Shown: positions 23,787 through 35,221 of the stretch, piece after piece
Numbering within the stretch: position 1 is the first letter of the stretch
How the letters are laid out: every line of letters starts with the position of its first letter
Assembly: GCF_013315695.1 (NCBI RefSeq)
Contig: NZ_CP054353.1
Reading direction: 5' to 3' (one strand)
From: Escherichia coli
Lineage (GTDB): Bacteria; Pseudomonadota; Gammaproteobacteria; Enterobacterales; Enterobacteriaceae
DNA: 64,000 nt
Position numbers and translations under genes: made by a program
Notes under the pieces: model-generated
The model's database searches: none
What the model was told of the DNA's origin: nothing
The model's input: the letters and a program-made list of their open reading frames with translations, nothing else

Positions 23787-24221
23787 ATGTTAAGTATTAT
23801 TTTGACAGGGCATGGCGGATTTGCCAGCGGCATGGAAAAAGCAATGAAGCAAATTCTCGGTGAGCAATCGCAGTTTATCGCCATCGATTTTCCGGAAACC
23901 TCAAGCACCGCGCTGCTTACATCGCAGCTTGAAGAGGCCATCGTCCAACTGGATTGTGAAGACGGCATTGTTTTTCTGACGGATTTGCTGGGCGGCACGC
24001 CGTTTCGCGTAGCTTCAACGCTGGCGATGCAAAAACCGGGCTGTGAAGTGATCACCGGCACCAATTTGCAACTGCTACTGGAGATGGTGCTGGAGCGCGA
24101 AGGGTTAAGCGGTGAAGAGTTCCGTGTGCAGGCGCTGGAGTGTGGACACCGTGGGCTGACCAGTCTGGTGGACGAGTTAGGCCGCTGCCATGAAGAATGT
24201 CCGGTCGAGGAAGGAATATGA
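23787..24221 (+). CDS. agaF: PTS EIIA component AgaF
   Basis: 144-aa ORF MLSIILTGHGGFASGMEKAMKQILGEQ..., mannose-family IIA with His in TGHGGFA context. Confidence 0.85.
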   Translation: MLSIILTGHGGFASGMEKAMKQILGEQSQFIAIDFPETSSTALLTSQLEEAIVQLDCEDGIVFLTDLLGGTPFRVASTLAMQKPGCEVITGTNLQLLLEMVLEREGLSGEEFRVQALECGHRGLTSLVDELGRCHEECPVEEGI

Positions 24222-25351
24222 CACACGTTCTGCGCGCCAGAAGGCTGCTGACTGAAGAGGGATGGCTCGATGACCATCAGTTGCGTATTGCTGACGGTGT
24301 AATCGCAGCAATCGAACCGATTCCAGTGGGCGTGACTGAACGCGATGCGGAACTGCTCTGCCCCGCTTACATCGACACCCATGTACACGGTGGTGCGGGC
24401 GTTGATGTAATGGATGACGCGCCGGATGCGCTCGACAAGCTGGCAATGCACAAGGCACGCGAAGGTGTCGGCAGTTGGTTACCGACCACCGTAACCGCGC
24501 CGCTTAATACCATTCATGCGGCGCTGAAACGTATTGCTCTACGCTGCCAGCGTGGCGGACCTGGTGCGCAAGTGCTGGGGAGTTATCTCGAAGGACCGTA
24601 CTTCACGCCGCAGAATAAAGGCGCGCATCCGCCGGAGCTGTTTCGCGAGCTGGAAATTGCCGAGCTGGATCAATTGATTGCCGTTTCTCAGCACACCTTG
24701 CGCGTGGTAGCGCTGGCACCAGAAAAAGAAGGGGCATTGCAGGCCATCCGCCATCTTAAACAGCAAAACGTACGGGTGATGCTGGGGCATAGCGCGGCGA
24801 CCTGGCAACAAACCCGTGCCGCGTTTGACGCTGGTGCCGACGGCCTGGTGCATTGCTATAACGGGATGACAGGTTTACATCACCGCGAACCGGGAATGGT
24901 TGGCGCGGGATTAACGGACAAGCGCGCCTGGCTGGAACTGATAGCCGATGGTCATCATGTACATCCGGCGGCGATGTCGCTGTGTTGTTGCTGTGCGAAA
25001 GAGAGAATCGTGCTGATCACCGACGCGATGCAGGCAGCCGGGATGCCGGATGGTCGCTATACGTTATGTGGTGAAGAAGTGCAGATGCACGATGGCGTTG
25101 TCCGTACCGCGTCCGGTGGGCTGGCGGGCAGTACGCTGTCTGTCGATGCGGCAGTGCGCAACATGGTCGAGTTGACGGGCGTAACGCCTGCGGAAGCCAT
25201 CCATATGGCATCGCTGCATCCGGCGCGTATGCTGGGTGTTGATGGTGTTCTGGGATCGCTTAAACCGGGCAAACGCGCCAGCGTCGTTGCGCTGGATAGC
25301 GGGCTGCATGTGCAACAAATCTGGATTCAGGGTCAATTAGCTTCGTTTTGA
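24218..25351 (+). CDS. agaA: N-acetylgalactosamine-6-phosphate deacetylase AgaA, full length
   Basis: ORF 24197..25351; start taken at MTHVLRARRLLTEEGW; NagA-like amidohydrolase with HxH motif (DTHVHGGAG). Confidence 0.88.
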   Translation: MTHVLRARRLLTEEGWLDDHQLRIADGVIAAIEPIPVGVTERDAELLCPAYIDTHVHGGAGVDVMDDAPDALDKLAMHKAREGVGSWLPTTVTAPLNTIHAALKRIALRCQRGGPGAQVLGSYLEGPYFTPQNKGAHPPELFRELEIAELDQLIAVSQHTLRVVALAPEKEGALQAIRHLKQQNVRVMLGHSAATWQQTRAAFDAGADGLVHCYNGMTGLHHREPGMVGAGLTDKRAWLELIADGHHVHPAAMSLCCCCAKERIVLITDAMQAAGMPDGRYTLCGEEVQMHDGVVRTASGGLAGSTLSVDAAVRNMVELTGVTPAEAIHMASLHPARMLGVDGVLGSLKPGKRASVVALDSGLHVQQIWIQGQLASF

Positions 25352-25369
25352 TGGTTTGCTCCTTTATTG

Positions 25370-25402
25370 GGCCTTCACTTCCCCCGTAAGGCCTTTTTTT
25401 TT
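25370..25402 (+). terminator. possible rho-independent terminator after agaA
   Basis: GGCCTT ... AAGGCC inverted repeat followed by T9 run. Confidence 0.45.
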
Positions 25403-25577
25403 CTTTCTTTTTGATCTGTGCAGCGGTGTCGGATGCGACGCTGACGCGTCTTCTTCGACCTACGGTACGCCGCATCCGGCAATCGGTGAACATAGCGACG
25501 TTATCACGCAATCCTTTAATCTTCCCTTGTCTTTTCTTTCAATGATCACAAATTTCGTTTTATTTCTTTTTTCTCCA

Positions 25578-25660
25578 TTGAACTTTCAGTTTCTTTTCTA
25601 TAGATTTTAATCAACGAAAGACATCACCAAGTGAAATGAAACGAAAGGTAAGCGAAAGCG
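25578..25660. promoter_or_regulatory. agaS promoter region with AgaR operator-like motifs
   Basis: AACTTTCAGTTTCTTTTC and GAAATGAAACGAAAGG resemble the motifs upstream of kbaZ/agaR. Confidence 0.5.
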
Positions 25661-25701
25661 ACAACGCCCGACGCCAAGTTCATCAGACTAAGGATTGAGT
25701 T

Positions 25702-26856
25702 ATGCCAGAAAATTACACCCCTGCTGCCGCTGCAACCGGTACATGGACTGAAGAAGAGATCCGCCATCAGCCTCGCGCATGGATCCGTTCACTCACCAAC
25801 ATCGACGCGCTACGTTCCGCGCTCAATAACTTCCTTGAACCGTTACTGCGCAAAGAGAATCTGCGGGTAATCCTGACCGGAGCCGGAACCTCGGCATTTA
25901 TCGGTGATATCATCGCGCCGTGGCTCGCCAGCCATACCGGTAAAAACTTCAGCGCCGTACCGACCACCGATCTGGTCACTAATCCGATGGACTACCTGAA
26001 TCCAGCTCATCCGCTACTGTTGATCTCCTTCGGTCGATCCGGCAACAGCCCGGAAAGCGTCGCCGCCGTGGAACTGGCGAATCAGTTTGTACCGGAATGC
26101 TATCACCTGCCGATCACCTGCAACGAAGCGGGCGCTCTTTACCAAAACGCGATCAACAGCGACAACGCGTTTGCCCTGCTGATGCCCGCAGAAACGCACG
26201 ATCGCGGCTTTGCGATGACCAGCAGCATTACCACCATGATGGCCAGCTGCCTCGCGGTTTTCGCACCTGAGACGATCAACAGCCAAACCTTCCGCGATGT
26301 GGCAGATCGTTGCCAGGAAATCCTGACCTCACTGGGCGATTTCAGTGAAGGTGTGTTTGGTTACGCACCGTGGAAACGGATCGTTTATCTCGGCAGCGGT
26401 GGCTTACAGGGCGCAGCACGCGAGTCGGCGCTGAAAGTACTGGAACTGACAGCGGGTAAACTGGCGGCCTTTTATGATTCCCCGACCGGATTCCGTCATG
26501 GACCAAAATCGCTGGTCGATAACGAAACGCTGGTGGTGGTATTTGTCTCCAGCCACCCTTACACCCGTCAGTATGATCTTGATCTGCTGGCAGAACTCCG
26601 CCGCGATAACCAGGCATTGCGCGTAATCGCCATCGCCGCAGAAAGCAACGACGTTATTACCGCCGGTCCACATATCATCCTGCCGCCGTCCCGTCACTTT
26701 ATCGACGTTGAGCAGGCATTTTGCTTCCTGATGTACGCCCAGACGTTTGCACTGATGCAGTCGCTGCACATGGGCAATACGCCGGATACCCCATCAGCCA
26801 GTGGCACCGTTAACCGCGTGGTGCAAGGCGTAATCATTCATCCGTGGCAGGCATAA
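25702..26856 (+). CDS. agaS: SIS-domain galactosamine-6-phosphate deaminase/isomerase AgaS
   Basis: 384-aa ORF MPENYTPAAAATGTWTEEEIRHQPRAW... Confidence 0.9.
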   Translation: MPENYTPAAAATGTWTEEEIRHQPRAWIRSLTNIDALRSALNNFLEPLLRKENLRVILTGAGTSAFIGDIIAPWLASHTGKNFSAVPTTDLVTNPMDYLNPAHPLLLISFGRSGNSPESVAAVELANQFVPECYHLPITCNEAGALYQNAINSDNAFALLMPAETHDRGFAMTSSITTMMASCLAVFAPETINSQTFRDVADRCQEILTSLGDFSEGVFGYAPWKRIVYLGSGGLQGAARESALKVLELTAGKLAAFYDSPTGFRHGPKSLVDNETLVVVFVSSHPYTRQYDLDLLAELRRDNQALRVIAIAAESNDVITAGPHIILPPSRHFIDVEQAFCFLMYAQTFALMQSLHMGNTPDTPSASGTVNRVVQGVIIHPWQA

Positions 26857-27729
<873 letters not shown>

Positions 27730-27880
27730 TCATTAGTTTTTTATGATTTATCCCAATGTACTTCCCGATTAATATCGGGGAGTGCCTTAATGGAAAAGGA
27801 GATAACTAAACCTTAATAAATACATCAGTAAAATATCGCAACAATAATATATTTTAAAAAATTATGGTAATGACTCCAAC

Positions 27881-28384
27881 TTATTGATAGTGTTTTATGT
27901 TCAGATAATGCCCGATGACTTTGTCATGCAGCTCCACCGATTTTGAGAACGACAGCGACTTCCGTCCCAGCCGTGCCAGGTGCTGCCTCAGATTCAGGTT
28001 ATGCCGCTCAATTCGCTGCGTATATCGCTTGCTGATTACGTGCAGCTTTCCCTTCAGGCGGGATTCATACAGCGGCCAGCCATCCGTCATCCATATCACC
28101 ACGTCAAAGGGTGACAGCAGGCTCATAAGACGCCCCAGCGTCGCCATAGTGCGTTCACCGAATACGTGCGCAACAACCGTCTTCCGGAGCCTGTCATACG
28201 CGTAAAACAGCCAGCGCTGGCGCGATTTAGCCCCGACATAGCCCCACTGTTCGTCCATTTCCGCGCAGACGATGACGTCACTGCCCGGCTGTATGCGCGA
28301 GGTTACCGACTGCGGCCTGAGTTTTTTAAGTGACGTAAAATCGTGTTGAGGCCAACGCCCATAATGCGGGCTGTTGCCCGGCAT
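27881..28384 (-). CDS. insB: IS1 InsB
   Basis: 167-aa ORF identical to copy 1 InsB. Confidence 0.93.
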   Translation of the reverse strand: MPGNSPHYGRWPQHDFTSLKKLRPQSVTSRIQPGSDVIVCAEMDEQWGYVGAKSRQRWLFYAYDRLRKTVVAHVFGERTMATLGRLMSLLSPFDVVIWMTDGWPLYESRLKGKLHVISKRYTQRIERHNLNLRQHLARLGRKSLSFSKSVELHDKVIGHYLNIKHYQ

Positions 28385-28578
28385 CCAACGCCATTCATGG
28401 CCATATCAATGATTTTCTGGTGCGTACCGGGTTGAGAAGCGGTGTAAGTGAACTGCAGTTGCCATGTTTTACGGCAGTGAGAGCAGAGATAGCGCTGATG
28501 TCCGGCGGTGCTTTTGCCGTTACGCACCACCCCGTCAGTAACTGAACAGGAGGGACAGCTGATAGAAACAGAAGCCAC
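28303..28578 (-). CDS. insA: IS1 InsA
   Basis: 91-aa ORF; differs from copy 1 at one residue (CSVTDG vs CSATDG). Confidence 0.93.
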   Translation of the reverse strand: MASVSISCPSCSVTDGVVRNGKSTAGHQRYLCSHCRKTWQLQFTYTASQPGTHQKIIDMAMNGVGCRATARIMGVGLNTILRHLKNSGRSR

Positions 28579-28633
28579 TGGAGCACCTCAAAAACACCAT
28601 CATACACTAAATCAGTAAGTTGGCAGCATCACC

Positions 28634-28844
28634 ACAAACGGTACGTAAATTGGTAGAAGGTGGTATTGACCTGAAAGATGTCAACGTCGGCAATATGCAT
28701 TTCTCGGAAGGGAAAAAGCAAATCAGCAGTAAAGTTTATGTCGATGACCAGGATCTCGCGGACTTACGTTTTATTAAACAACGTGGCGTGAATGTTTTCA
28801 TTCAGGACGTCCCTGGCGATCAAAAAGAACAAATCCCTGACTAA
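28634..28844 (+). pseudogene. agaB: agaB (galactosamine PTS EIIB), 5-prime truncated; only about the C-terminal 69 codons remain
   Basis: Frame ...QTVRKLVEGGIDLKDVNVGNMHFSEGKKQISSKVYVDDQDLADLRFIKQRGVNVFIQDVPGDQKEQIPD matches the AgaB C-terminus and begins directly at the IS1 end. Confidence 0.85.
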
Positions 28845-28882
28845 ATCTAAAATCGCCTTAATATTGGTTTGAGGTAATAAAA

Positions 28883-29686
28883 ATGCATGAAATAACCCTA
28901 CTTCAGGGATTATCCCTGGCGGCGTTAGTTTTCGTTCTGGGGATTGATTTTTGGCTGGAAGCCTTATTTTTATTCCGCCCGATAATCGTTTGTACCCTAA
29001 CTGGCGCTATTCTCGGTGATATTCAGACTGGCTTAATTACCGGTGGTCTGACAGAGTTGGCTTTCGCCGGATTAACCCCTGCAGGTGGTGTTCAACCGCC
29101 CAACCCGATTATGGCGGGTCTGATGACCACCGTCATTGCATGGTCTACGGGCGTTGATGCCAAAACGGCAATTGGTCTTGGCCTGCCGTTTAGTTTGTTA
29201 ATGCAGTACGTCATTCTGTTCTTCTATTCCGCTTTCTCATTATTTATGACCAAAGCCGATAAATGCGCAAAAGAGGCGGATACGGCAGCATTTTCCCGAC
29301 TTAACTGGACAACGATGCTCATCGTCGCTTCAGCGTATGCGGTGATTGCTTTCCTCTGTACTTACCTGGCACAAGGGGCGATGCAGGCGCTGGTGAAAGC
29401 GATGCCCGCCTGGCTGACCCACGGCTTTGAAGTGGCTGGCGGTATTCTGCCTGCCGTTGGTTTTGGCTTGCTGCTGCGCGTGATGTTCAAAGCGCAATAT
29501 ATCCCTTACCTGATCGCCGGTTTCCTGTTCGTTTGCTACATCCAGGTCAGCAACCTGTTGCCGGTTGCCGTGCTGGGCGCAGGCTTTGCGGTGTATGAGT
29601 TTTTCAATGCGAAATCCCGGCAGCAAGCGCAACCGCAGCCCGTTGTCAGTAAAAATGAAGAAGAGGACTACAGCAATGGGATCTGA
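28883..29686 (+). CDS. agaC: galactosamine PTS EIIC component AgaC
   Basis: 267-aa membrane ORF MHEITLLQGLSLAALVFVLGIDFW... Confidence 0.9.
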   Translation: MHEITLLQGLSLAALVFVLGIDFWLEALFLFRPIIVCTLTGAILGDIQTGLITGGLTELAFAGLTPAGGVQPPNPIMAGLMTTVIAWSTGVDAKTAIGLGLPFSLLMQYVILFFYSAFSLFMTKADKCAKEADTAAFSRLNWTTMLIVASAYAVIAFLCTYLAQGAMQALVKAMPAWLTHGFEVAGGILPAVGFGLLLRVMFKAQYIPYLIAGFLFVCYIQVSNLLPVAVLGAGFAVYEFFNAKSRQQAQPQPVVSKNEEEDYSNGI

Positions 29687-30467
29687 AATCAGTAAAAAAG
29701 ATATCACCCGTCTGGGCTTTCGTTCGTCACTGCTACAAGCAAGCTTTAACTACGAAAGGATGCAGGCGGGCGGTTTTACCTGGGCGATGTTGCCGATCCT
29801 GAAAAAGATTTATAAGGACGACAAACCGGGCCTAAGCGCGGCGATGAAAGATAACCTCGAATTTATTAATACCCACCCTAATCTGGTCGGATTTCTGATG
29901 GGGTTATTAATTTCGATGGAAGAAAAAGGAGAAAACCGCGACACCATTAAAGGCCTCAAAGTGGCACTGTTTGGCCCAATCGCCGGGATTGGCGATGCGA
30001 TTTTCTGGTTTACCTTATTGCCGATTATGGCGGGAATTTGCTCATCATTTGCCAGCCAGGGAAACCTGTTGGGGCCGATTTTGTTTTTCGCCGTTTACCT
30101 GCTTATCTTCTTCCTGCGCGTCGGCTGGACCCACGTCGGTTATTCAGTCGGCGTGAAGGCGATCGATAAAGTGCGAAAGAACTCGCAGATGATTGCTCGT
30201 TCGGCAACCATCCTCGGGATCACGGTAATCGGCGGGCTGATCGCTTCGTATGTGCATATTAACGTGGTGACATCGTTTGCCATCGACAGTACCCACAGCG
30301 TCGCACTGCAGCAGGATTTCTTCGATAAAGTCTTCCCGAACATTTTACCGATGGCCTACACCCTGCTGATGTATTACTTCCTGCGGGTGAAAAAAGCGCA
30401 TCCGGTGCTGTTAATCGGCGTGACTTTTGTGCTCTCTATTGTTTGTTCCGCATTCGGCATTTTGTAA
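29676..30467 (+). CDS. agaD: galactosamine PTS EIID component AgaD
   Basis: ORF 29565..30467; start taken at MGSEISKKDITRLGFRSSLLQASFNYERMQ (263 aa). Confidence 0.9.
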   Translation: MGSEISKKDITRLGFRSSLLQASFNYERMQAGGFTWAMLPILKKIYKDDKPGLSAAMKDNLEFINTHPNLVGFLMGLLISMEEKGENRDTIKGLKVALFGPIAGIGDAIFWFTLLPIMAGICSSFASQGNLLGPILFFAVYLLIFFLRVGWTHVGYSVGVKAIDKVRKNSQMIARSATILGITVIGGLIASYVHINVVTSFAIDSTHSVALQQDFFDKVFPNILPMAYTLLMYYFLRVKKAHPVLLIGVTFVLSIVCSAFGIL

Positions 30468-31235
30468 ATGGAACGAGGCACTGCGTCTGGCGGTGCCTCT
30501 TTACTTAAGGAATTTCATCCTGTGCAAACCCTTCAACAAGTTGAAAACTATACGGCGTTAAGTGAACGTGCCAGCGAATATTTATTGGCCGTGATCCGTA
30601 GCAAACCGGATGCCGTGATTTGCCTGGCGACCGGAGCCACGCCATTACTGACGTATCATTATTTGGTAGAAAAAATCCACCAGCAGCAGGTTGATGTCAG
30701 CCAGCTTACCTTCGTGAAGCTCGACGAATGGGTGGATCTGCCATTAACGATGCCTGGTACCTGCGAAACTTTCCTACAACAGCATATCGTGCAGCCGCTG
30801 GGGCTGCGTGAAGACCAGCTCATCAGCTTTCGCTCTGAAGAGATAAATGAGACAGAGTGCGAACGGGTAACGAACCTGATTGCGCGCAAAGGCGGTCTGG
30901 ATTTATGCGTTCTCGGATTGGGGAAAAACGGTCATCTTGGGCTGAACGAACCGGGAGAAAACCTGCAACCGGCCTGCCATATCAGTCAACTTGATGCCAG
31001 AACACAGCAACATGAGATGTTAAAAACCGCGGGCCGTCCTGTGACTCGTGGGATCACCTTAGGCCTGAAGGATATTCTCAATGCCCGCGAAGTTTTGTTA
31101 CTGGTGACTGGCGAAGGAAAGCAGGATGCGACAGAACGTTTTCTCACGGCTAAAGTCTCTACCGCTATCCCGGCTTCGTTTTTATGGCTGCATAACTATT
31201 TCACATGCATGATTGATGAGATGTGTCGTCGTTAA
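30468..31235 (+). CDS. agaI: putative galactosamine-6-phosphate deaminase/isomerase AgaI (NagB-like)
   Basis: 255-aa ORF MERGTASGGASLLKEFHPVQTLQQVENY... Confidence 0.88.
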   Translation: MERGTASGGASLLKEFHPVQTLQQVENYTALSERASEYLLAVIRSKPDAVICLATGATPLLTYHYLVEKIHQQQVDVSQLTFVKLDEWVDLPLTMPGTCETFLQQHIVQPLGLREDQLISFRSEEINETECERVTNLIARKGGLDLCVLGLGKNGHLGLNEPGENLQPACHISQLDARTQQHEMLKTAGRPVTRGITLGLKDILNAREVLLLVTGEGKQDATERFLTAKVSTAIPASFLWLHNYFTCMIDEMCRR

Positions 31236-31284
31236 CTCGCCTGCTACAGGCGTTGTAGCGCTATTCCTGCTGCAACGCCTGTAA

Positions 31285-32148
31285 TCACTCCCCCTGCTGC
31301 TCCAGCGCATACTTATACAGCGCGTTTTTTTTCACGCCGTGAATCTCTGCCGCCAGCGCCGCCGCTTTCTTCAGCGGAAGCTCAGCCTGTAACAACGCCA
31401 GCGTGCGCAGGGCATCGGCGGGTAAGTCTTCTTCCTGTGCTTTATGGCCTCCGACAATCAGTACCATTTCGCCTTTGCGACGGTTTTCATCTTCTTTGAC
31501 CCACGCCAGCAGCTCGCCAACGGGCGCGCCGTGAATGGTTTCCCAGGTTTTGGTCAGCTCACGCGCCAGAACGACGTAGCGGGATTCGCCTAATACCGCA
31601 ACGATATCTTCCAGGCTATCTAACAGACGGTGGGTAGATTCATAAAAAATCAGCGTGCGCGGCTCCGCTTCAATGGCTTTTAGCGCATCACGGCGGCCTT
31701 TTGATTTGGCAGGTAAAAAGCCTTCATAACAAAAACGATCGGATGGTAAACCCGCGGCGCTTAACGCAGTGATAGCAGCACACGGCCCGGGTAGCGGCAC
31801 CACGCGAATCCCCGCTTCACGGCAGGTACGCACCAGATGGTAGCCAGGATCGTTAATTAGCGGCGTTCCGGCATCGGAAACCAGCGCAATGTTTTGCCCC
31901 TCTTGCAGCTTCGCCAGCAGCGTTTCGGCTTTTTGTTGTTCGTTATGGTCGTGCAGCGCAAACAACCGAGCATTAATCCCAAAATGTTGCAGCAATAAAC
32001 CGGTGTGACGCGTATCCTCGGCGGCAATCAGATCAACGGCCTGTAATACCTCCAACGCACGCTGGGTGATATCCGCCAGATTGCCGATTGGCGTCGGTAC
32101 AATGTAAAGCTGGCCCTGAGAATTATCCGCCGATTGGTGTTGTTTCAT
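31285..32148 (-). CDS. rsmI: 16S rRNA C1402 2'-O-methyltransferase RsmI (YraL)
   Basis: 287-aa [38 protein letters not shown]... Confidence 0.92.
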   Translation of the reverse strand: MKQHQSADNSQGQLYIVPTPIGNLADITQRALEVLQAVDLIAAEDTRHTGLLLQHFGINARLFALHDHNEQQKAETLLAKLQEGQNIALVSDAGTPLINDPGYHLVRTCREAGIRVVPLPGPCAAITALSAAGLPSDRFCYEGFLPAKSKGRRDALKAIEAEPRTLIFYESTHRLLDSLEDIVAVLGESRYVVLARELTKTWETIHGAPVGELLAWVKEDENRRKGEMVLIVGGHKAQEEDLPADALRTLALLQAELPLKKAAALAAEIHGVKKNALYKYALEQQGE

Positions 32149-32212
32149 TGTGTCGTCCGTATTGCCGATTTAATATTGAGCATTGCGTAAAAAAAATATC
32201 ACTGGATACATT

Positions 32213-34249
32213 ATGGTACCCTCAACATTTTCTCGTTTGAAAGCCGCGCGTTGTCTGCCTGTTGTTCTGGCAGCCCTGATTTTCGCCGGTTGTGGCACCC
32301 ATACTCCCGATCAGTCCACTGCTTATATGCAGGGCACGGCGCAGGCTGATTCTGCCTTTTACCTGCAACAGATGCAGCAAAGTTCTGATGATACCAGGAT
32401 CAACTGGCAATTACTCGCCATTCGTGCACTGGTGAAAGAAGGTAAAACCGGACAGGCGGTGGAGTTGTTTAACCAACTACCGCAAGAACTGAACGATTCT
32501 CAGCGTCGCGAGAAAACACTGCTGGCGGCAGAGATTAAACTGGCGCAGAAAGATTTTGCTGGCGCGCAAAACTTGCTGGCGAAAATCACACCTGCAGATT
32601 TAGAACAAAACCAGCAAGCGCGTTACTGGCAGGCAAAAATCGATGCCAGCCAGGGGCGTCCTTCCATTGATTTACTGCGCGCGTTAATTGCTCAGGAACC
32701 GCTGCTCGGCGCGAAAGAAAAGCAGCAGAATATTGACGCCACCTGGCAGGCGCTCTCCTCCATGACTCAGGAACAGGCGAATACGCTCGTGATCAATGCC
32801 GACGAAAATATTCTGCAAGGCTGGTTGGATCTGCAGCGCATCTGGTTTGATAACCGTAACGATCCCGACATGATGAAAGCCGGGATCGCCGACTGGCAGA
32901 AACGTTATCCGAACAACCCGGGCGCGAAAATGCTGCCAACGCAGTTGGTTAACGTAAAAGCGTTTAAACCCGCATCGACCAACAAAATCGCCCTGCTTTT
33001 GCCACTGAATGGCCAGGCAGCGGTATTTGGTCGCACTATTCAGCAAGGCTTTGAAGCGGCGAAAAATATCGGCACTCAGCCAGTGGCGGCCCAGGTAGCT
33101 GCCGCACCTGCCGCAGACGTAGCAGAACAACCTCAGCAGCAAACCGTGGATGGCGTTGCCAGCCCGGCACAAGCCTCGGTTAGCGATCTGACCGGTGAAC
33201 AACCTGCGGCCCAGCCGGTGCCTGTAAGCGCCCCGGCGGCAACCACCGCAGCGGTAAGCGCACCCGCGAATCCATCCGCAGAGCTGAAAATCTACGATAC
33301 ATCATCACAACCACTTAGCCAGATCCTCAACCAGGTTCAACAGGATGGCGCGAGTATTGTGGTCGGTCCGTTGCTGAAAAATAACGTTGAAGAGTTGCTG
33401 AAGAGCAACACCCCGCTGAACGTGCTGGCACTGAACCAGCCGGAGAACATCGAAAACCGCGTCAATATTTGTTACTTCGCGCTTTCACCGGAAGACGAAG
33501 CGCGCGATGCAGCGCGTCATATTCGTGACCAGGGTAAACAAGCGCCGCTGGTGCTGATCCCACGCAGTTCATTGGGCGATCGCGTAGCCAATGCGTTTGC
33601 GCAAGAGTGGCAGAAACTGGGTGGCGGCACCGTTCTGCAACAAAAATTTGGTTCCACCAGCGAATTACGCGCGGGTGTTAACGGCGGTTCGGGTATTGCT
33701 TTAACGGGTAGCCCGATTACTCCCAGAGCGACAACCGACTCCGGCATGACGACCAACAATCCAACGCTGCAAACCACGCCAACCGATGACCAGTTCACCA
33801 ATAATGGCGGCCGTGTCGATGCGGTGTACATTGTGGCAACGCCGGGCGAAATCGCTTTTATCAAACCGATGATCGCCATGCGTAACGGTAGCCAGAGCGG
33901 TGCAACGCTGTACGCAAGCTCCCGCAGTGCGCAAGGCACCGCGGGTCCGGATTTCCGTCTGGAAATGGAAGGTTTGCAATATAGCGAAATCCCGATGCTG
34001 GCGGGCGGTAATCTGCCATTAATGCAGCAGGCGCTCAGTGCGGTGAATAACGATTATTCGCTGGCTCGCATGTATGCGATGGGCGTTGATGCCTGGTCGT
34101 TGGCAAATCATTTCTCACAAATGCGCCAGGTTCAGGGTTTCGAAATCAACGGTAATACCGGAAGTCTGACGGCTAACCCGGATTGCGTAATTAACAGGAA
34201 GTTATCATGGCTACAGTACCAACAAGGTCAGGTAGTCCCCGCCAGTTAA
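32213..34249 (+). CDS. lpoA: outer-membrane lipoprotein LpoA (YraM), activator of PBP1A
   Basis: ORF 32183..34249; start taken at [27 protein letters not shown] (lipobox). Confidence 0.92.
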   Translation: MVPSTFSRLKAARCLPVVLAALIFAGCGTHTPDQSTAYMQGTAQADSAFYLQQMQQSSDDTRINWQLLAIRALVKEGKTGQAVELFNQLPQELNDSQRREKTLLAAEIKLAQKDFAGAQNLLAKITPADLEQNQQARYWQAKIDASQGRPSIDLLRALIAQEPLLGAKEKQQNIDATWQALSSMTQEQANTLVINADENILQGWLDLQRIWFDNRNDPDMMKAGIADWQKRYPNNPGAKMLPTQLVNVKAFKPASTNKIALLLPLNGQAAVFGRTIQQGFEAAKNIGTQPVAAQVAAAPAADVAEQPQQQTVDGVASPAQASVSDLTGEQPAAQPVPVSAPAATTAAVSAPANPSAELKIYDTSSQPLSQILNQVQQDGASIVVGPLLKNNVEELLKSNTPLNVLALNQPENIENRVNICYFALSPEDEARDAARHIRDQGKQAPLVLIPRSSLGDRVANAFAQEWQKLGGGTVLQQKFGSTSELRAGVNGGSGIALTGSPITPRATTDSGMTTNNPTLQTTPTDDQFTNNGGRVDAVYIVATPGEIAFIKPMIAMRNGSQSGATLYASSRSAQGTAGPDFRLEMEGLQYSEIPMLAGGNLPLMQQALSAVNNDYSLARMYAMGVDAWSLANHFSQMRQVQGFEINGNTGSLTANPDCVINRKLSWLQYQQGQVVPAS

Positions 34250-34602
34250 CCACCAAACAGACCGGCGATGCGTGGGAAGCACAAGCGCGTCGCTGGCTGG
34301 AAGGCAAAGGACTGCGGTTTATCGCCGCTAACGTGAACGAGCGTGGCGGCGAGATCGATCTGATAATGCGTGAAGGCCGGACCACCGTTTTTGTCGAGGT
34401 GCGTTACCGCCGCTCTGCGCTTTATGGCGGCGCGGCAGCCAGTGTGACCCGCAGCAAACAACACAAATTATTACAGACTGCCCGCTTGTGGCTCGCGCGT
34501 CATAATGGGAGTTTTGATACTGTGGATTGCCGGTTCGATGTGGTAGCCTTCACCGGGAATGAGGTTGAGTGGATTAAGGATGCCTTTAATGACCACTCAT
34601 AA
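34207..34602 (+). CDS. yraN: UPF0102 family protein YraN
   Basis: 131-aa ORF overlapping lpoA 3-prime end. Confidence 0.85.
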   Translation: MATVPTRSGSPRQLTTKQTGDAWEAQARRWLEGKGLRFIAANVNERGGEIDLIMREGRTTVFVEVRYRRSALYGGAAASVTRSKQHKLLQTARLWLARHNGSFDTVDCRFDVVAFTGNEVEWIKDAFNDHS

Positions 34603-34621
34603 TTAAGGTTTAAGGATTAGC

Positions 34622-35212
34622 GTGCAAGAAAGAATTAAAGCTTGCTTCACTGAAAGCATTCAAACTCAAATTGCGGCGGCAGAGGCGCTTCCGGATGCCA
34701 TCTCGCGTGCAGCTATGACGCTGGTTCAGTCTCTGCTCAATGGCAACAAAATCCTCTGTTGTGGTAATGGAACTTCCGCTGCCAATGCACAGCATTTTGC
34801 TGCCAGCATGATCAACCGTTTCGAAACGGAGCGGCCCAGCTTACCTGCCATTGCACTAAATACTGATAATGTTGTCTTAACGGCGATTGCCAACGATCGC
34901 TTACATGATGAAGTGTATGCAAAACAGGTGCGGGCGCTGGGTCATGCGGGAGATGTATTGTTAGCCATTTCCACCCGTGGCAACAGCCGCGATATTGTAA
35001 AAGCGGTAGAAGCTGCCGTTACGCGTGATATGACCATTGTGGCATTAACCGGCTATGACGGCGGTGAACTTGCAGGTTTGTTAGGGCCACAGGATGTGGA
35101 GATCCGCATTCCTTCGCATCGTAGTGCTCGCATTCAGGAGATGCATATGCTGACGGTAAATTGCCTGTGCGATCTGATCGATAACACGCTTTTCCCTCAC
35201 CAGGATGTTTAA
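34622..35212 (+). CDS. diaA: DnaA initiator-associating protein DiaA (SIS domain)
   Basis: 196-aa [39 protein letters not shown]... Confidence 0.92.
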
Positions 35213-35221
35213 GGAGAATAC

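Larger units (their letters stand above)
27866..28633 (-). mobile_element. IS1 insertion sequence copy 2 (768 bp), no target-site duplication
   Basis: Same termini as copy 1; left flank AAAAAATTAT and right flank ACAAACGGT do not match. Confidence 0.95.

Noticed and set aside
33100-33300. Ala/Pro/Gln-rich low-complexity stretch that might suggest a separate element
   Set aside because: Lies in frame within lpoA and corresponds to a flexible linker region of the lipoprotein.
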